Origin: an uncultured Acidobacteriota bacterium
GTDB lineage: Bacteria > Acidobacteriota > Thermoanaerobaculia > Gp7-AA8
Length of the DNA stretch: 64,000 nucleotides
NCBI GenBank assembly: GCA_963741955.1
Contig: CAVUKB010000005.1
Location: forward strand, 576,001-640,000
Direction of reading: 5' to 3'
Below the pieces are notes generated by a model. It was given only the letters and a program-made list of their open reading frames with translations, did no database searches and was not told where the DNA came from. A program made the translations under genes and the position numbers. The first letter of the stretch is position 1, and each line of letters starts with the position of its first letter. Below, piece by piece: positions 10,433 through 20,172 of this stretch.

Positions 10433-12658
10433 ATGCTTCGTTTCGTCGCAGCACTTCTTCTCGCCGTTTCACTCACAGTCCCGGCATCGACTGCCGCAGT
10501 GCCCCCTCTCAATGGTGGGAAACGCCCGTTATCGCCAACCATCTTCGGCCCGGCGATCGGATTGAAGGGGAGCGCACGCGTCGCCTGGAGCGGAAACGTT
10601 TATCTCGCGGTCTGGGTCGACCTGCGAGGTGGACGGAGAATCTACGCTGCCCGGGTGAGTCCCGAGGGCGAGCTGCTCGATCCGGTGGGCATCGACCTGA
10701 GCGGAATGCGTGCTCCGGTCCACGACGAGGTCACCGAGCCGGCGGTGGTCTGGAGCGGTGAGTCGTTCTTCGTTGCGTGGCGGAGTATTTCTTCGGTATT
10801 TGGCGTGCGGGTCGGCGAAGATGGTCGCCTCCTCGATCCCGTTCCGCTGGTACTCGATCAGAGGAGCATTGCCGGCACTCCGGAGCTCGCTTCGAACGGA
10901 AACTCGGTTCTGCTGACTGCGACGCGATGCGTCGGGACGCCTTCAGCGTGGACGGCGAGGGCGGACGGATCGAAGATTGCCGATCTCGACCTGACCGTCG
11001 AGCCGCTTTCTTCGGCCTGCGCACTCGCCGCGGCATCCGACGGTTCGCACTATCTGATCGTCGCTGCCGAGAGAGGCGAGCTGTTCTGGTATCTCGCGGA
11101 CGATTCGGCGATCGTCGCGCATCACTCGATGAAGGTGGCGGACGAGGCGGACATCCCAGCGGTCGCGTGGGATGGGAGCGGGTACGTGGTCGCGTTCCGC
11201 ACGGCGATGGGCGTTCTGACGACATGGAAGATCGACGCCGGCGGGAATCCGGTGGGATCGCGAATCTCGACGGTGGGCGGTACGTTCATTACCGGGATCC
11301 GGATCTGGAGTGATGGAACCGACACGCTCGTCGGATGGAGCGACGGGTTGCTCGCTCCGTCATGGCAGATCGCGACCATCACCGCGGATGGACTCGAACA
11401 CCCGAAGCCTCTGGCGAACGAAATCGACCTCGCTTCGGACGGTGCGCGATACCTCGGCGTATTCGCCCCCGACTCCACTCGTCTCGAGCGCGCATTCTTC
11501 AGTCCCGACGGCACGAAGATCACAGACGCACTCCTCACCGCGCATTCCGCTCACGCGCAACTTCTTCCATCCCGCGCAACTGCCGGCTCGAAGACGGCAA
11601 CCGTATGGCAGGTGGTCGAAGGCGATCGCTCCTTCATCGAGCTTTCGGTCAGTGGGCCGGAAGGGAGTCGGATCCTTCCGCTCATCGCGAGCGACGGCAG
11701 TCGGTACTCGCCAGTGATCGCCACGAACGGGCTCTCCTTTCTCGTCGCATGGATCGAGCCGACGGTGAGAGCGTATCGTGTGGTGGCGTCCAGACTCACA
11801 CTGGACGGTGATCTGGTGAATTCGACTCCGCTCGTCCTCGTCCCGGAGGTCTATCCGGAAAGGATTGATCCGGACAGCGGCTCAATGCTGTTCGATCCTC
11901 CTGCCATCGCCTCGGCAGGAGAAATCTACTTCGTCGCATGGACGCAGAGCGACAGCTCGATGCGCATCGCGCGGATCACCGGCGAAGGGACGCTGCTCGA
12001 CCCGGAAGGAAGAGTCGTCTACACGTCCGAACGAGAGGCCACCGTCTCATCCCCTTCGATCGCTGTCGCCGATGACGTGATTCTCCTCGCCTGGCAGGAC
12101 GGTGTGCAGAACGGACCGTGTCAGTTCGAATGTCCCGTCCAACCGGGGGCCCGGATCATGGCGGTTCTTCTCGATGGGGAGGGTAATCCGGCCCGCTCGT
12201 CTCCCCTCGAGATCGCTGGCGAGGAGAGTCTGGCGCCGAGCGCGGCGTGGAACGGAAGGGAGTTCCTCGTCGGCTGGACCTCTTCCGGCCAGGTCGAGGT
12301 CGCGCACGTCTCCGCAACGGGCGACGTTTTCGGACGGAAGGCGATCGCGGAGGGTCCGGGAACCGACGTCTCGGTCGGAGCGCTCGGCGACGGGTTCCTC
12401 GTCGCCTGGTCGACCATCGAAGCGGAATCACGCATTCTTGCGGCCGCAGTCGACGGGCTCGAATCGGGAGATCCCTTCGAGATCTCGGACGGGCCGGCCC
12501 CACAGGAGCGGCCGCGGATTTTTCCCGGCGCCAACCGCGCGGCGTCCATTCTCTTCGATGAGCCGGGACGTCCGGGGACTGCAGCGGCGAACGTTCCGCG
12601 TCTCTTCGAGAAGAGCGTCTACGCCGCTCCGCCGAAGGGGCGTGGCGTGAGGCGATGA
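10433..12658 (+). CDS. Large secreted repeat (beta-rich) protein
   Basis: Signal peptide MLRFVAALLLAVSL; recurring P.VAW.G..YLVAW and G.LLDP units. Confidence 0.75.
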   Translation: MLRFVAALLLAVSLTVPASTAAVPPLNGGKRPLSPTIFGPAIGLKGSARVAWSGNVYLAVWVDLRGGRRIYAARVSPEGELLDPVGIDLSGMRAPVHDEVTEPAVVWSGESFFVAWRSISSVFGVRVGEDGRLLDPVPLVLDQRSIAGTPELASNGNSVLLTATRCVGTPSAWTARADGSKIADLDLTVEPLSSACALAAASDGSHYLIVAAERGELFWYLADDSAIVAHHSMKVADEADIPAVAWDGSGYVVAFRTAMGVLTTWKIDAGGNPVGSRISTVGGTFITGIRIWSDGTDTLVGWSDGLLAPSWQIATITADGLEHPKPLANEIDLASDGARYLGVFAPDSTRLERAFFSPDGTKITDALLTAHSAHAQLLPSRATAGSKTATVWQVVEGDRSFIELSVSGPEGSRILPLIASDGSRYSPVIATNGLSFLVAWIEPTVRAYRVVASRLTLDGDLVNSTPLVLVPEVYPERIDPDSGSMLFDPPAIASAGEIYFVAWTQSDSSMRIARITGEGTLLDPEGRVVYTSEREATVSSPSIAVADDVILLAWQDGVQNGPCQFECPVQPGARIMAVLLDGEGNPARSSPLEIAGEESLAPSAAWNGREFLVGWTSSGQVEVAHVSATGDVFGRKAIAEGPGTDVSVGALGDGFLVAWSTIEAESRILAAAVDGLESGDPFEISDGPAPQERPRIFPGANRAASILFDEPGRPGTAAANVPRLFEKSVYAAPPKGRGVRR

Positions 12659-12689
12659 ACGGCATGATCTCGAGAGGGCGATCCCGGAG

Positions 12690-13160
12690 ATGAGCTCGAC
12701 GAAGGTCCTTCAACGGGTGAACGCGCCGCGCGCGGCCGTGTACCGCTTCATCCTCGACGCGCGTGCGGTCGCGCAGTGGATGGTGCCGGACGGGATGACG
12801 AGCGAGATCCACCGGTTCGAGCCGCGTGAGGGAGGGTCGTTCCGCATTTCTCTCACCTACGAATCTCCGGACGCGCGAGGAAAGACGAGCGCGCACACCG
12901 ACAGCTACCACGGCCGGTTCGTGACGCTCGTTCCGGACGAACGGATCGTCGAAACAATCGAGTTCGAGACGGACGACCCCGCGATGCAGGGAGAGATGAC
13001 GGTCACCATCACGCTGCGGGACGTCGATGGCGGAACGGAGGTGCGTGCGGTGCACGAGCCGCTCCCTCCCGCTCTCTCTCCTCGGGACAACGAAACGGGC
13101 TGGCGGATGTCGCTCGCGAAACTCGCCGCCCTCGTCGAGTCGGAATCATCGACTGCGTAG
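12690..13160 (+). CDS. SRPBCC/AHSA1 domain protein
   Basis: RVNAPRAAVY...WMVP...GRFVTLVPDERIV...GWRMSLAKL. Confidence 0.85.
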   Translation: MSSTKVLQRVNAPRAAVYRFILDARAVAQWMVPDGMTSEIHRFEPREGGSFRISLTYESPDARGKTSAHTDSYHGRFVTLVPDERIVETIEFETDDPAMQGEMTVTITLRDVDGGTEVRAVHEPLPPALSPRDNETGWRMSLAKLAALVESESSTA

Positions 13161-13179
13161 TACCGCGTCGGCGCCCGTC

Positions 13180-13392
13180 GTGGCCGGACTTTCAAGAATC
13201 CCGGGTCGCGCTTCGAGGGAAGCGTTTGCGGACGAGGGGATCGTCTTCGCAGCGCAGCTCCAAAAGTTTGGTGAAACGAACCGACTCGCGCGTCACGCAC
13301 GGTTTACCAGTCCGGATTCGCGGATCGAGCTTCGGGAACGGATCGATCGACAATCCGAATGGCGCCCCCGGGTCCCTGAAAGTTCGCTCCAC
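13180..13392. repeat. MITE-like repeat, copy 2
   Basis: Same ends and core (GATCGTCTTCGCAGCGC.GCTCCAAAAGTTTGGTGAAACG) as copy 1. Confidence 0.85.
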
Positions 13393-13397
13393 GACCA

Positions 13398-15002
13398 TCA
13401 TCCTTCCCGTCGGACTCTCCACCCGTGAAAGATGAACGCGACGGTCAGAAGGCCGGCGGCGATCGCCCCGTACGCGGCCATGACGGCAGGCGTGGCGACT
13501 CCGTAGAACCCCGCGAAGTCGAGAGCCGGGCTCGCGCCTCGGGAGTTCATCACCATGTACCAGAAAATCAGGAAGAGGACGATGAACGTCTTCGGATTGG
13601 AGCTGAGGATGGCGAGCGACGTCGCTCCGGCAATGACGAGAAGAACGCCGATCGCGAACGGCAGGAGCATCGAGGGGCGGAGGAATGCGATCCGGACCGC
13701 CGCCACCGCGAAGAAGCCGCCGCCGATCAGTAGAGTCGCGGCGATCTTCCATGCGACGAACCACTCCTGAAGCCGCGGCGAGCCGTAGACCAGCGAGAGC
13801 GTTCCCGCCCGTCGCTCGCGGGTCGACACGTCGGCGATGGCCACCGCGTATGCGGCGAACGTCAGTGGAAGAACGGTGGTGAAGAAGCCTTCCGCTCCGC
13901 TGACCAGCGCGGCGATGGAGAGCGCGGCAATCACCACCAGCATCCACGGCTGCGCGGCGATGGCGATCCAGGCATCGGCCACCGCCGCCCGCGCCAGCGT
14001 CGGACGCGTTGCTTTCTGCAGACCCGACCCTCCACCGATCCGGTCGATGCGCAGGATCGGTGACACCAGCCGCTTGACGCCGAGGTTGATGCGATGGAGG
14101 AGTGACCCCTTTGCGCCAGTGCCACTCTTTCGCACGCGTGAAGGATCGAAGCGGTGAAACCCGAGACGCGCGACCGGGAGGAGGAGAAGAGGAATGAAGG
14201 TCGATACAATCCGAGGAACCAGCCACTCCGGATCGAACTGCAGACCGTTGAAGACGAACACTCCTTTGGAGGGATCGAACGGGGACGCGCCGATGGCGAT
14301 GCTCGGGTTGCCGGTCAGCTTCTGCACCTGGCTGAGCTGGAACGCGAAGCCGGAAAAATCGAAGTAGCGCGCGATGCCGATCGGATGGTTCTTCTCCGTG
14401 AGGAACGCGACCAGGCCGAGCAGAAACATCCAGAGAAAGAAATAGAAGACGTCTCCGATGCGGCTGCGAAGGATGGGGAGAGACTCGAACGTGATCGCGA
14501 GGGCGGAGACGAGAACGATCGCCGGAGGAACCAGCAGCAGATACTGCTCGAGAAAGATCAACGGCTCTAGGGGCGCCTCTCCTCGCAAGACGACCATCGC
14601 CATCGACGTGATCATGAAGCCGGTGACGAACGTGGCGAGAAAGACGAGGTTCCCGGCGAATTTTCCGACCACGTATTCACTGCTTCGCATGGTGGTGGAG
14701 GCGATCACGAATCCGCAGCGCGTCAGGACGTCGCGCTTGATCGCGTTCGAGACGACGTAGAAACCGACCAGACCGATGAAGATCGACGCGAGGCTCGCCG
14801 TCGCCATTCCGATTGCCGCAGAGTTGTAGAAGGCGCGCCGGCCGGCGATCTGCATGAGCGCCCGCCCGGTTGCCGGATCGGGGATCCAGACGTAGGCGAA
14901 GAGGCTGAGGAGGAGAAAGACCACCACCGTCGAGGGCCGCCGGAAGCGGATCAGGACGTCCGCGCGGATGACGGCGGCGATGCGATGGAGCCGGGACGTC
15001 AT
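13398..15002 (-). CDS. ABC-2 type exporter permease
   Basis: Multiple TM helices; start MTSRLH overlaps the ATPase stop. Confidence 0.75.
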   Translation of the reverse strand: MTSRLHRIAAVIRADVLIRFRRPSTVVVFLLLSLFAYVWIPDPATGRALMQIAGRRAFYNSAAIGMATASLASIFIGLVGFYVVSNAIKRDVLTRCGFVIASTTMRSSEYVVGKFAGNLVFLATFVTGFMITSMAMVVLRGEAPLEPLIFLEQYLLLVPPAIVLVSALAITFESLPILRSRIGDVFYFFLWMFLLGLVAFLTEKNHPIGIARYFDFSGFAFQLSQVQKLTGNPSIAIGASPFDPSKGVFVFNGLQFDPEWLVPRIVSTFIPLLLLPVARLGFHRFDPSRVRKSGTGAKGSLLHRINLGVKRLVSPILRIDRIGGGSGLQKATRPTLARAAVADAWIAIAAQPWMLVVIAALSIAALVSGAEGFFTTVLPLTFAAYAVAIADVSTRERRAGTLSLVYGSPRLQEWFVAWKIAATLLIGGGFFAVAAVRIAFLRPSMLLPFAIGVLLVIAGATSLAILSSNPKTFIVLFLIFWYMVMNSRGASPALDFAGFYGVATPAVMAAYGAIAAGLLTVAFIFHGWRVRREG

Positions 15003-15901
15003 GCGCGGTCCCCGGGCGCCACCGCCGCCTCCCTCTGCGCAGTTCCGTCGCCGGGAATCATCTGCCACAGATACGCATCTTCCAGATTCGGCTCCGCGAG
15101 GATGGCGTCGTCGAACGGCCGTGCCGCGGATACGATCCGCGCGTGCACGCCGTCCGGCCGTCGCACCGCGCCGGAGAGCTTGAACCTTCCCCGCACCTGC
15201 TCGAACTCTTCCGACGAGACGCGCACCAGCCACACCTTTCCTTCGGCTTCGCGCATCAACTCCTCGGGGGTCGCGAGAGCGACCAGTCTCCCCTCCTTCA
15301 GTACCGCGATCTTCGTCGCGATCGACTCGATATCGGAGACGATGTGGGTCGAGAGGATGACCAGCTTCCCGGTGCCGAGATCCGAGAGGATGTTCCTGAA
15401 ACGGACCCGCTCTTCCGGATCGAGTCCGGCGGTCGGCTCGTCGACGATCACGAGATCGGGATCGTTGATCAGCGCCTGCGCGATTCCGAGCCGTTGCTTC
15501 ATGCCGCCCGAGAATCCGCCGACGGTGCGGTTCGCGACGCTGTGGAGATTCACCATCTCCAGCATCTCGGCGATCCGGGCACGGCTCCGGACTCCCTTGA
15601 GGGATGCGAAGTAGCGAAGCATCTCCCAGGCGGTGAGGTTCTCGTACACCCCGAAGTCCTGCGGGAGATAGCCGAGCCGCTTCCGGATCGAGTCCGGATG
15701 CGCGGTGACGTCGACGCCGTCGAACGTGACACGTCCCGCCGTCGGACGGGTGATCGTGGCGATCATCTGCATCAGAGTGGTCTTTCCGGCGCCGTTCGCG
15801 CCGACCAGTCCGAGCACTCCTTCGCCCGTTTCGAGCGAGAGATCACGCACCCCGTAGTTGCCACGGCGGAACCGTTTGGACACCGATTCGATGGTCAGCA
15901 T
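14999..15901 (-). CDS. ABC transporter ATP-binding protein
   Basis: GANGAGKTT Walker A, FSGGMKQR signature, VDEPTAGLDP. Confidence 0.92.
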   Translation of the reverse strand: MLTIESVSKRFRRGNYGVRDLSLETGEGVLGLVGANGAGKTTLMQMIATITRPTAGRVTFDGVDVTAHPDSIRKRLGYLPQDFGVYENLTAWEMLRYFASLKGVRSRARIAEMLEMVNLHSVANRTVGGFSGGMKQRLGIAQALINDPDLVIVDEPTAGLDPEERVRFRNILSDLGTGKLVILSTHIVSDIESIATKIAVLKEGRLVALATPEELMREAEGKVWLVRVSSEEFEQVRGRFKLSGAVRRPDGVHARIVSAARPFDDAILAEPNLEDAYLWQMIPGDGTAQREAAVAPGDRA

Positions 15902-15967
15902 GCCGGGAGTATACGCACTCGCTCCGGGCAGGGTTTCGGCGCGTGGGGTGCCAGCTGCGAACACGCC

Positions 15968-16189
15968 GTGGCCGAAGTTTCAAGGATCCTGGGGCGCGCT
16001 TCGAGGGAAGCGTTTGCGGACGAGCAGATCGTCTTCGCAGCGCTGCTCCAAAAGCTTGGTGAAACGTACCGACTCGCGCGGCACGCACGGTCTACCAAAC
16101 TTTTGGAGCCCGAATTCGCGGAAGGGGCCGCGACAACCGATCGATCGCCAGTCCGAATGGCGGACCCGGGTCCCTGAAAGTTCGGCCAC
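15968..16189. repeat. MITE-like repeat, copy 3
   Basis: GTGGCCGAAGTTTCAAGG...CCTGAAAGTTCGGCCAC. Confidence 0.85.
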
Positions 16190-16430
16190 AAACCGTTGCG
16201 AGTCGTGCAAAAGCGGAGGTCGGTCGAGAAGGCGGACCCTATCACATCTCATATGTGTCGGCCGTCACCGGCACAACTCGGGGGGTCCCTCCATAATCCG
16301 GGCATCCTCTCGGATACCTGAGTTTCCCGGTCAATTTTCGCCTCGTCCCAGCGTCCCGTCCGTAACTGCCTCGTCTCCGGCCAGCCTCGCTTCTTCCTCC
16401 ATCCGGGAACTCAGGTGTCCGGGGAGAGGC

Positions 16431-16485
16431 GAGCGGTGAGCGGTGAGCGGTGAGCGGTGAGCGGTGAGCGGTGAGCGGTGAGCGG
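16431..16485. repeat. 7-bp tandem repeat (GAGCGGT), ~8 units
   Basis: Perfect array seen directly. Confidence 0.95.
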
Positions 16486-16651
16486 ATCACGATACCCGCC
16501 GCAGGCGAAGACCCGGAGAAGTATCAAGAACCCGGCGAAAACAGAACAATCTTCTGCGAATCGAAGCATTTGACGAACAATATTCGTCACTACAGCGCCC
16601 CGACAGAACGAATATCCTGATCCTCCAGCCGCTCGTCGCTCGTCGCTCTCT

Positions 16652-17641
16652 CTAAATCCATCCCCGCAACTCGCCCGCCGCGATCGAAGTCATCGCCTCG
16701 ATCCAGCGGGGACGGTGATTCAGACACGGCACGAGCTCGAGCGACTTCCCTCCTCCGCCGGCGAACTGCTCCCGCCCGAGGTTTCCGATCTCGTCGATGG
16801 TCTCGAGGCAGTCGGACGTGAAGCCGGGGCAGACGACGAGTATCCGCTCCACCCCTTCTTTTCCGAGCGACATGAGCGTCTGATCGGTGTACGGCTGCAG
16901 CCACGGCTCTTTCCCGAACCGCGACTGGAACGTGACCAGATAGTCGTCCGCGTTCCACTTCATCTCCGAAGCGAGCGCCCGCACGGTCGCCTGACACTGC
17001 TCCGGATACGGATCGCCCATCCGCGCGTACCTCTGCGGGATTCCGTGGAACGAAAGAAGGATCTTCTGAGGCCGCTGGTCCATCTTCGCGAGCCGTTCGC
17101 GGATCGATGCCGCGAGCGCGCCGATGTAGCCGGGATGCTCGTAATACGGTGGTACGACGCGAAGGGTCGGAACGAAGCGCCGCTTCGGGAGCTCGGCGAA
17201 GACCGCGTCGTACGTCGATCCGGTCGTCGGTGCGGAGTACTGCGGGTACATCGGAAAGAGAAGGATCCGGTCCGCCCCCCACGCAGAGAGCGTCTCGATC
17301 GCAGACGCGGTCGACGGGGTGCCATAGCGCATCGCTACCTCGACGCGGACCTCCGCATCGGGGGCCGCGTCTTTCAGTCCGGCCTGCAGTCCCGCCGCCT
17401 GCCGTTTCGTGTTCAGCAGGAGAGGCGACCCCTCCGGCGTCCAGACGTTCCGGTAGAGCGCGGCCGACATCGGAGGCCGGCGCACCAGGATCACTCCGTT
17501 CAGAATGAACCACCAGAGGACGCGGTTGATCTCGACCACTCGCGGGTCGCCGAGAAACTCCCGCAGATACCTCCGGACCGCGCCGGTGGTCGGAGCGTCA
17601 GGGGTTCCGAGCTGCCCGAGGAGTATGCCGATCTTCTGCAT
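16652..17641 (-). CDS. hemH: Ferrochelatase
   Basis: LGTPDAPT, SFHGIP, FQSRFGKEPWLQPYT, PGFTSDCLETIDEI. Confidence 0.95.
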   Translation of the reverse strand: MQKIGILLGQLGTPDAPTTGAVRRYLREFLGDPRVVEINRVLWWFILNGVILVRRPPMSAALYRNVWTPEGSPLLLNTKRQAAGLQAGLKDAAPDAEVRVEVAMRYGTPSTASAIETLSAWGADRILLFPMYPQYSAPTTGSTYDAVFAELPKRRFVPTLRVVPPYYEHPGYIGALAASIRERLAKMDQRPQKILLSFHGIPQRYARMGDPYPEQCQATVRALASEMKWNADDYLVTFQSRFGKEPWLQPYTDQTLMSLGKEGVERILVVCPGFTSDCLETIDEIGNLGREQFAGGGGKSLELVPCLNHRPRWIEAMTSIAAGELRGWI

Positions 17642-17770
17642 TGCGGGAGGAAGATACCCGACTCTCCTCCCCGGGAGAAGACGTGTGACGGATGAACACG
17701 AAAAAGGACCCCGATTTCAGTATGCTTCCGCTGCAGGGCGGCCGCCCGAATCCGTTTTCCGGGAGTGAAG

Positions 17771-18799
17771 ATGGCATCCGAACGTTTTGAGAATGCGGTT
17801 CGAGGAATCGCGCAGAAAGTTCCGCCGGTCTGGATGATGCGTCAGGCCGGCCGGTATCACCGGCACTACCAGGAGATGCGGAAGAAGCACTCGTTCATGG
17901 AGCTCTGCCGCGTCCCGGATCTGGCGGCCGAAGTCGCGCGCGGCCCGGTGGCCGATTTCGATTTCGACCTGGCGATCCTCTTCAGCGATCTCCTCTTCCC
18001 GCTCGAAGCGCTCGGGCTCGGACTCACGTACGAGGACTCCGGGCCGAAGCTCGAGCCGCACCTCGACGCATCGCTTCTCCCGCGGCTCCGCCCGACGGCG
18101 GACGCACTGCCGTACCTCGAGTTTCAGCGCGAGGCGGTCCGCCGCACACGCGAAGTGATCCCCGAATCGAAGAGCGTGATCGGCTTCGTCGGCGGACCGT
18201 GGACGCTCTACGTCTACGCGGTGGAAGGAAGCCACCAGGGGAACATCACCCGCGCGAAGAGCGACCCCACACTCTACAAGCGATTCATCGAGCATCTGGT
18301 GCCGCTGCTGATCGAGAACATCCGGATGCAGCTCGACGGCGGCGCCGAAGTGGTGATGCTGTTCGACACGGCCGCAGGCGAGGTCGCGCCGGCGTGGTTC
18401 CGCCGCGAGGTGATCCCCGACATCGCGTCGCTGGTGGAAGCGTTCCCCGGACGGGTCGGCTATTACGCGCGCGGCATCCAGCCCGCCCATCTGCGCGATC
18501 CGCGCTTCGATTCCATCCCTCTGGCGGGAGTCGGAATCGACTGGCGCTGGGACATGCCCGAAGCCCTTTCGCTGTACGGCGGACGCGGCTTCGTGCAGGG
18601 GAATTTCGATCAGTCCCTCCTGTTCTTGCCTCCGGAGGAGTTCGGGAAGGAGCTTCGGCGGTATCTGGAGCCTCTCCTCGCGCTCTCACCCGAACAGAGG
18701 CGCGGCTGGGTCGCAGGGCTCGGCCACGGTGTTCTCCCCCGGACGCCGGAAGAAAACGTACGGACGTTCGTCAGGACCGTACGGGAGACGTTCAAATGA
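17771..18799 (+). CDS. hemE: Uroporphyrinogen decarboxylase
   Basis: PVWMMRQAGRY, ILFSD, LGHGVLP. Confidence 0.95.
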   Translation: MASERFENAVRGIAQKVPPVWMMRQAGRYHRHYQEMRKKHSFMELCRVPDLAAEVARGPVADFDFDLAILFSDLLFPLEALGLGLTYEDSGPKLEPHLDASLLPRLRPTADALPYLEFQREAVRRTREVIPESKSVIGFVGGPWTLYVYAVEGSHQGNITRAKSDPTLYKRFIEHLVPLLIENIRMQLDGGAEVVMLFDTAAGEVAPAWFRREVIPDIASLVEAFPGRVGYYARGIQPAHLRDPRFDSIPLAGVGIDWRWDMPEALSLYGGRGFVQGNFDQSLLFLPPEEFGKELRRYLEPLLALSPEQRRGWVAGLGHGVLPRTPEENVRTFVRTVRETFK

Positions 18800-20172
18800 C
18801 CTACGACCCCACAGCCGCACTCCGGCCACGATCGGACCTCTTCGAGAAGTACGACATGCCGGTGCCCCGTTACACCAGCTATCCGACCGTCCCCTTCTGG
18901 ACGGAGAGTCCCACCACGGAACAGTGGCTCGGAGCATTGCGGCAAGCCGCATCGAACCCGCAGGCGACCTGGGCGATCTACCTTCACATCCCGTTCTGCG
19001 AGTCGCTCTGCACGTTCTGCGGCTGCAACAACGTGATCACCCAGAACCACCGCCGCGAAGAGCCGTACGTCCGGACTCTGCACAAAGAGTTCGGGATGTA
19101 CCTCGACGCCGTCCCTCAGCTCCGCGAGCGCCAGCTCCGGCAGCTGCACCTCGGCGGCGGCACGCCGACGTTCCTCGCCCCCGACACCCTGCGCGCGATG
19201 ATCGAGCCGATGCTTCGCGACCTCGACGTCCGGAGCCACGAGTTCGACGCATCCGCCGAAGTGAATCCGCGCGTCACCAGCGCCGAGCATCTCCGGGCGC
19301 TCCGGGAGCTCGGCTTCACCCGCGTCTCGATGGGCGTTCAGGATTTCGATCCGACCGTTCAGTACCTGGTCAACCGCATCCAGCCGTACGACGTCACTGA
19401 AGGTCTGACCCGCTCCGCTCGGGAGATGGGCTACACGTCGGTCAACTACGACCTGATCTACGGACTCCCGAAACAGACTCCGGAGACGATCCGGAAGACC
19501 GCCGAGCTGACCGCCGGCCTGCAGCCCGACCGGATCGCGCTCTACAGCTTCGCGAAGGTCCCGTGGATCAAGCCTGCGCAGCGTCTGTTCAAGGACGAGG
19601 ATCTTCCCGAAGGGCCGGCGAAGCGCGAGCTGTACGAGATCGCGCGCGAGATCTTCCTGAAGGCGGGGTACGTCGAGATCGGGATGGATCACTTCGCGCT
19701 TCCGCACGATTCGCTCTGCGTGGCTCAGGGGAACGGGAACCTCCACCGGAACTTCATGGGCTACACCGAATTCCGGACCGACATCATGCTCGGCATGGGC
19801 GTGAGCGCGATCTCCGAGACCCCCACCTGCTTCCACCAGAACGTGAAGAAGGCACCCGACTACGAGCGCATCGTCAACGAAGGATCGATTCCGACGCTGC
19901 GCGGTCACCTCCTCAACGAGGACGACCGGCGCCTGCGAAGGCAGATCACCCGGTTCATGACCTCCCTCCACGTGGAGCTCGATCCGGAGCAGATCGAGGA
20001 TGCGCCGCGCTTCCTCGAGCAGATGATCGGCGACGGCCTGGTGGAGATCGACGGAGACGAGCTGCGGCTGACCGACGCCGGCCGGCCGTTCCTCCGCAAC
20101 GCCGCGGTCTTTTTCGACCAGCGGCTCCGCGTCGCCGAGCCCGAGTCGCGGATCTTCTCGATGGCGATATGA
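18796..20172 (+). CDS. hemN: Oxygen-independent coproporphyrinogen III dehydrogenase (radical SAM)
   Basis: PRYTSYPT, YLHIPFCESLCTFCGC, GGGTPT, RNFMGYT. Confidence 0.93.
   Translation: MTYDPTAALRPRSDLFEKYDMPVPRYTSYPTVPFWTESPTTEQWLGALRQAASNPQATWAIYLHIPFCESLCTFCGCNNVITQNHRREEPYVRTLHKEFGMYLDAVPQLRERQLRQLHLGGGTPTFLAPDTLRAMIEPMLRDLDVRSHEFDASAEVNPRVTSAEHLRALRELGFTRVSMGVQDFDPTVQYLVNRIQPYDVTEGLTRSAREMGYTSVNYDLIYGLPKQTPETIRKTAELTAGLQPDRIALYSFAKVPWIKPAQRLFKDEDLPEGPAKRELYEIAREIFLKAGYVEIGMDHFALPHDSLCVAQGNGNLHRNFMGYTEFRTDIMLGMGVSAISETPTCFHQNVKKAPDYERIVNEGSIPTLRGHLLNEDDRRLRRQITRFMTSLHVELDPEQIEDAPRFLEQMIGDGLVEIDGDELRLTDAGRPFLRNAAVFFDQRLRVAEPESRIFSMAI

Noticed and set aside
10111-16189. Repeats as a CRISPR array
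   Set aside because: Units are ~220 bp and separated by whole genes; no short repeat-spacer periodicity and no cas genes
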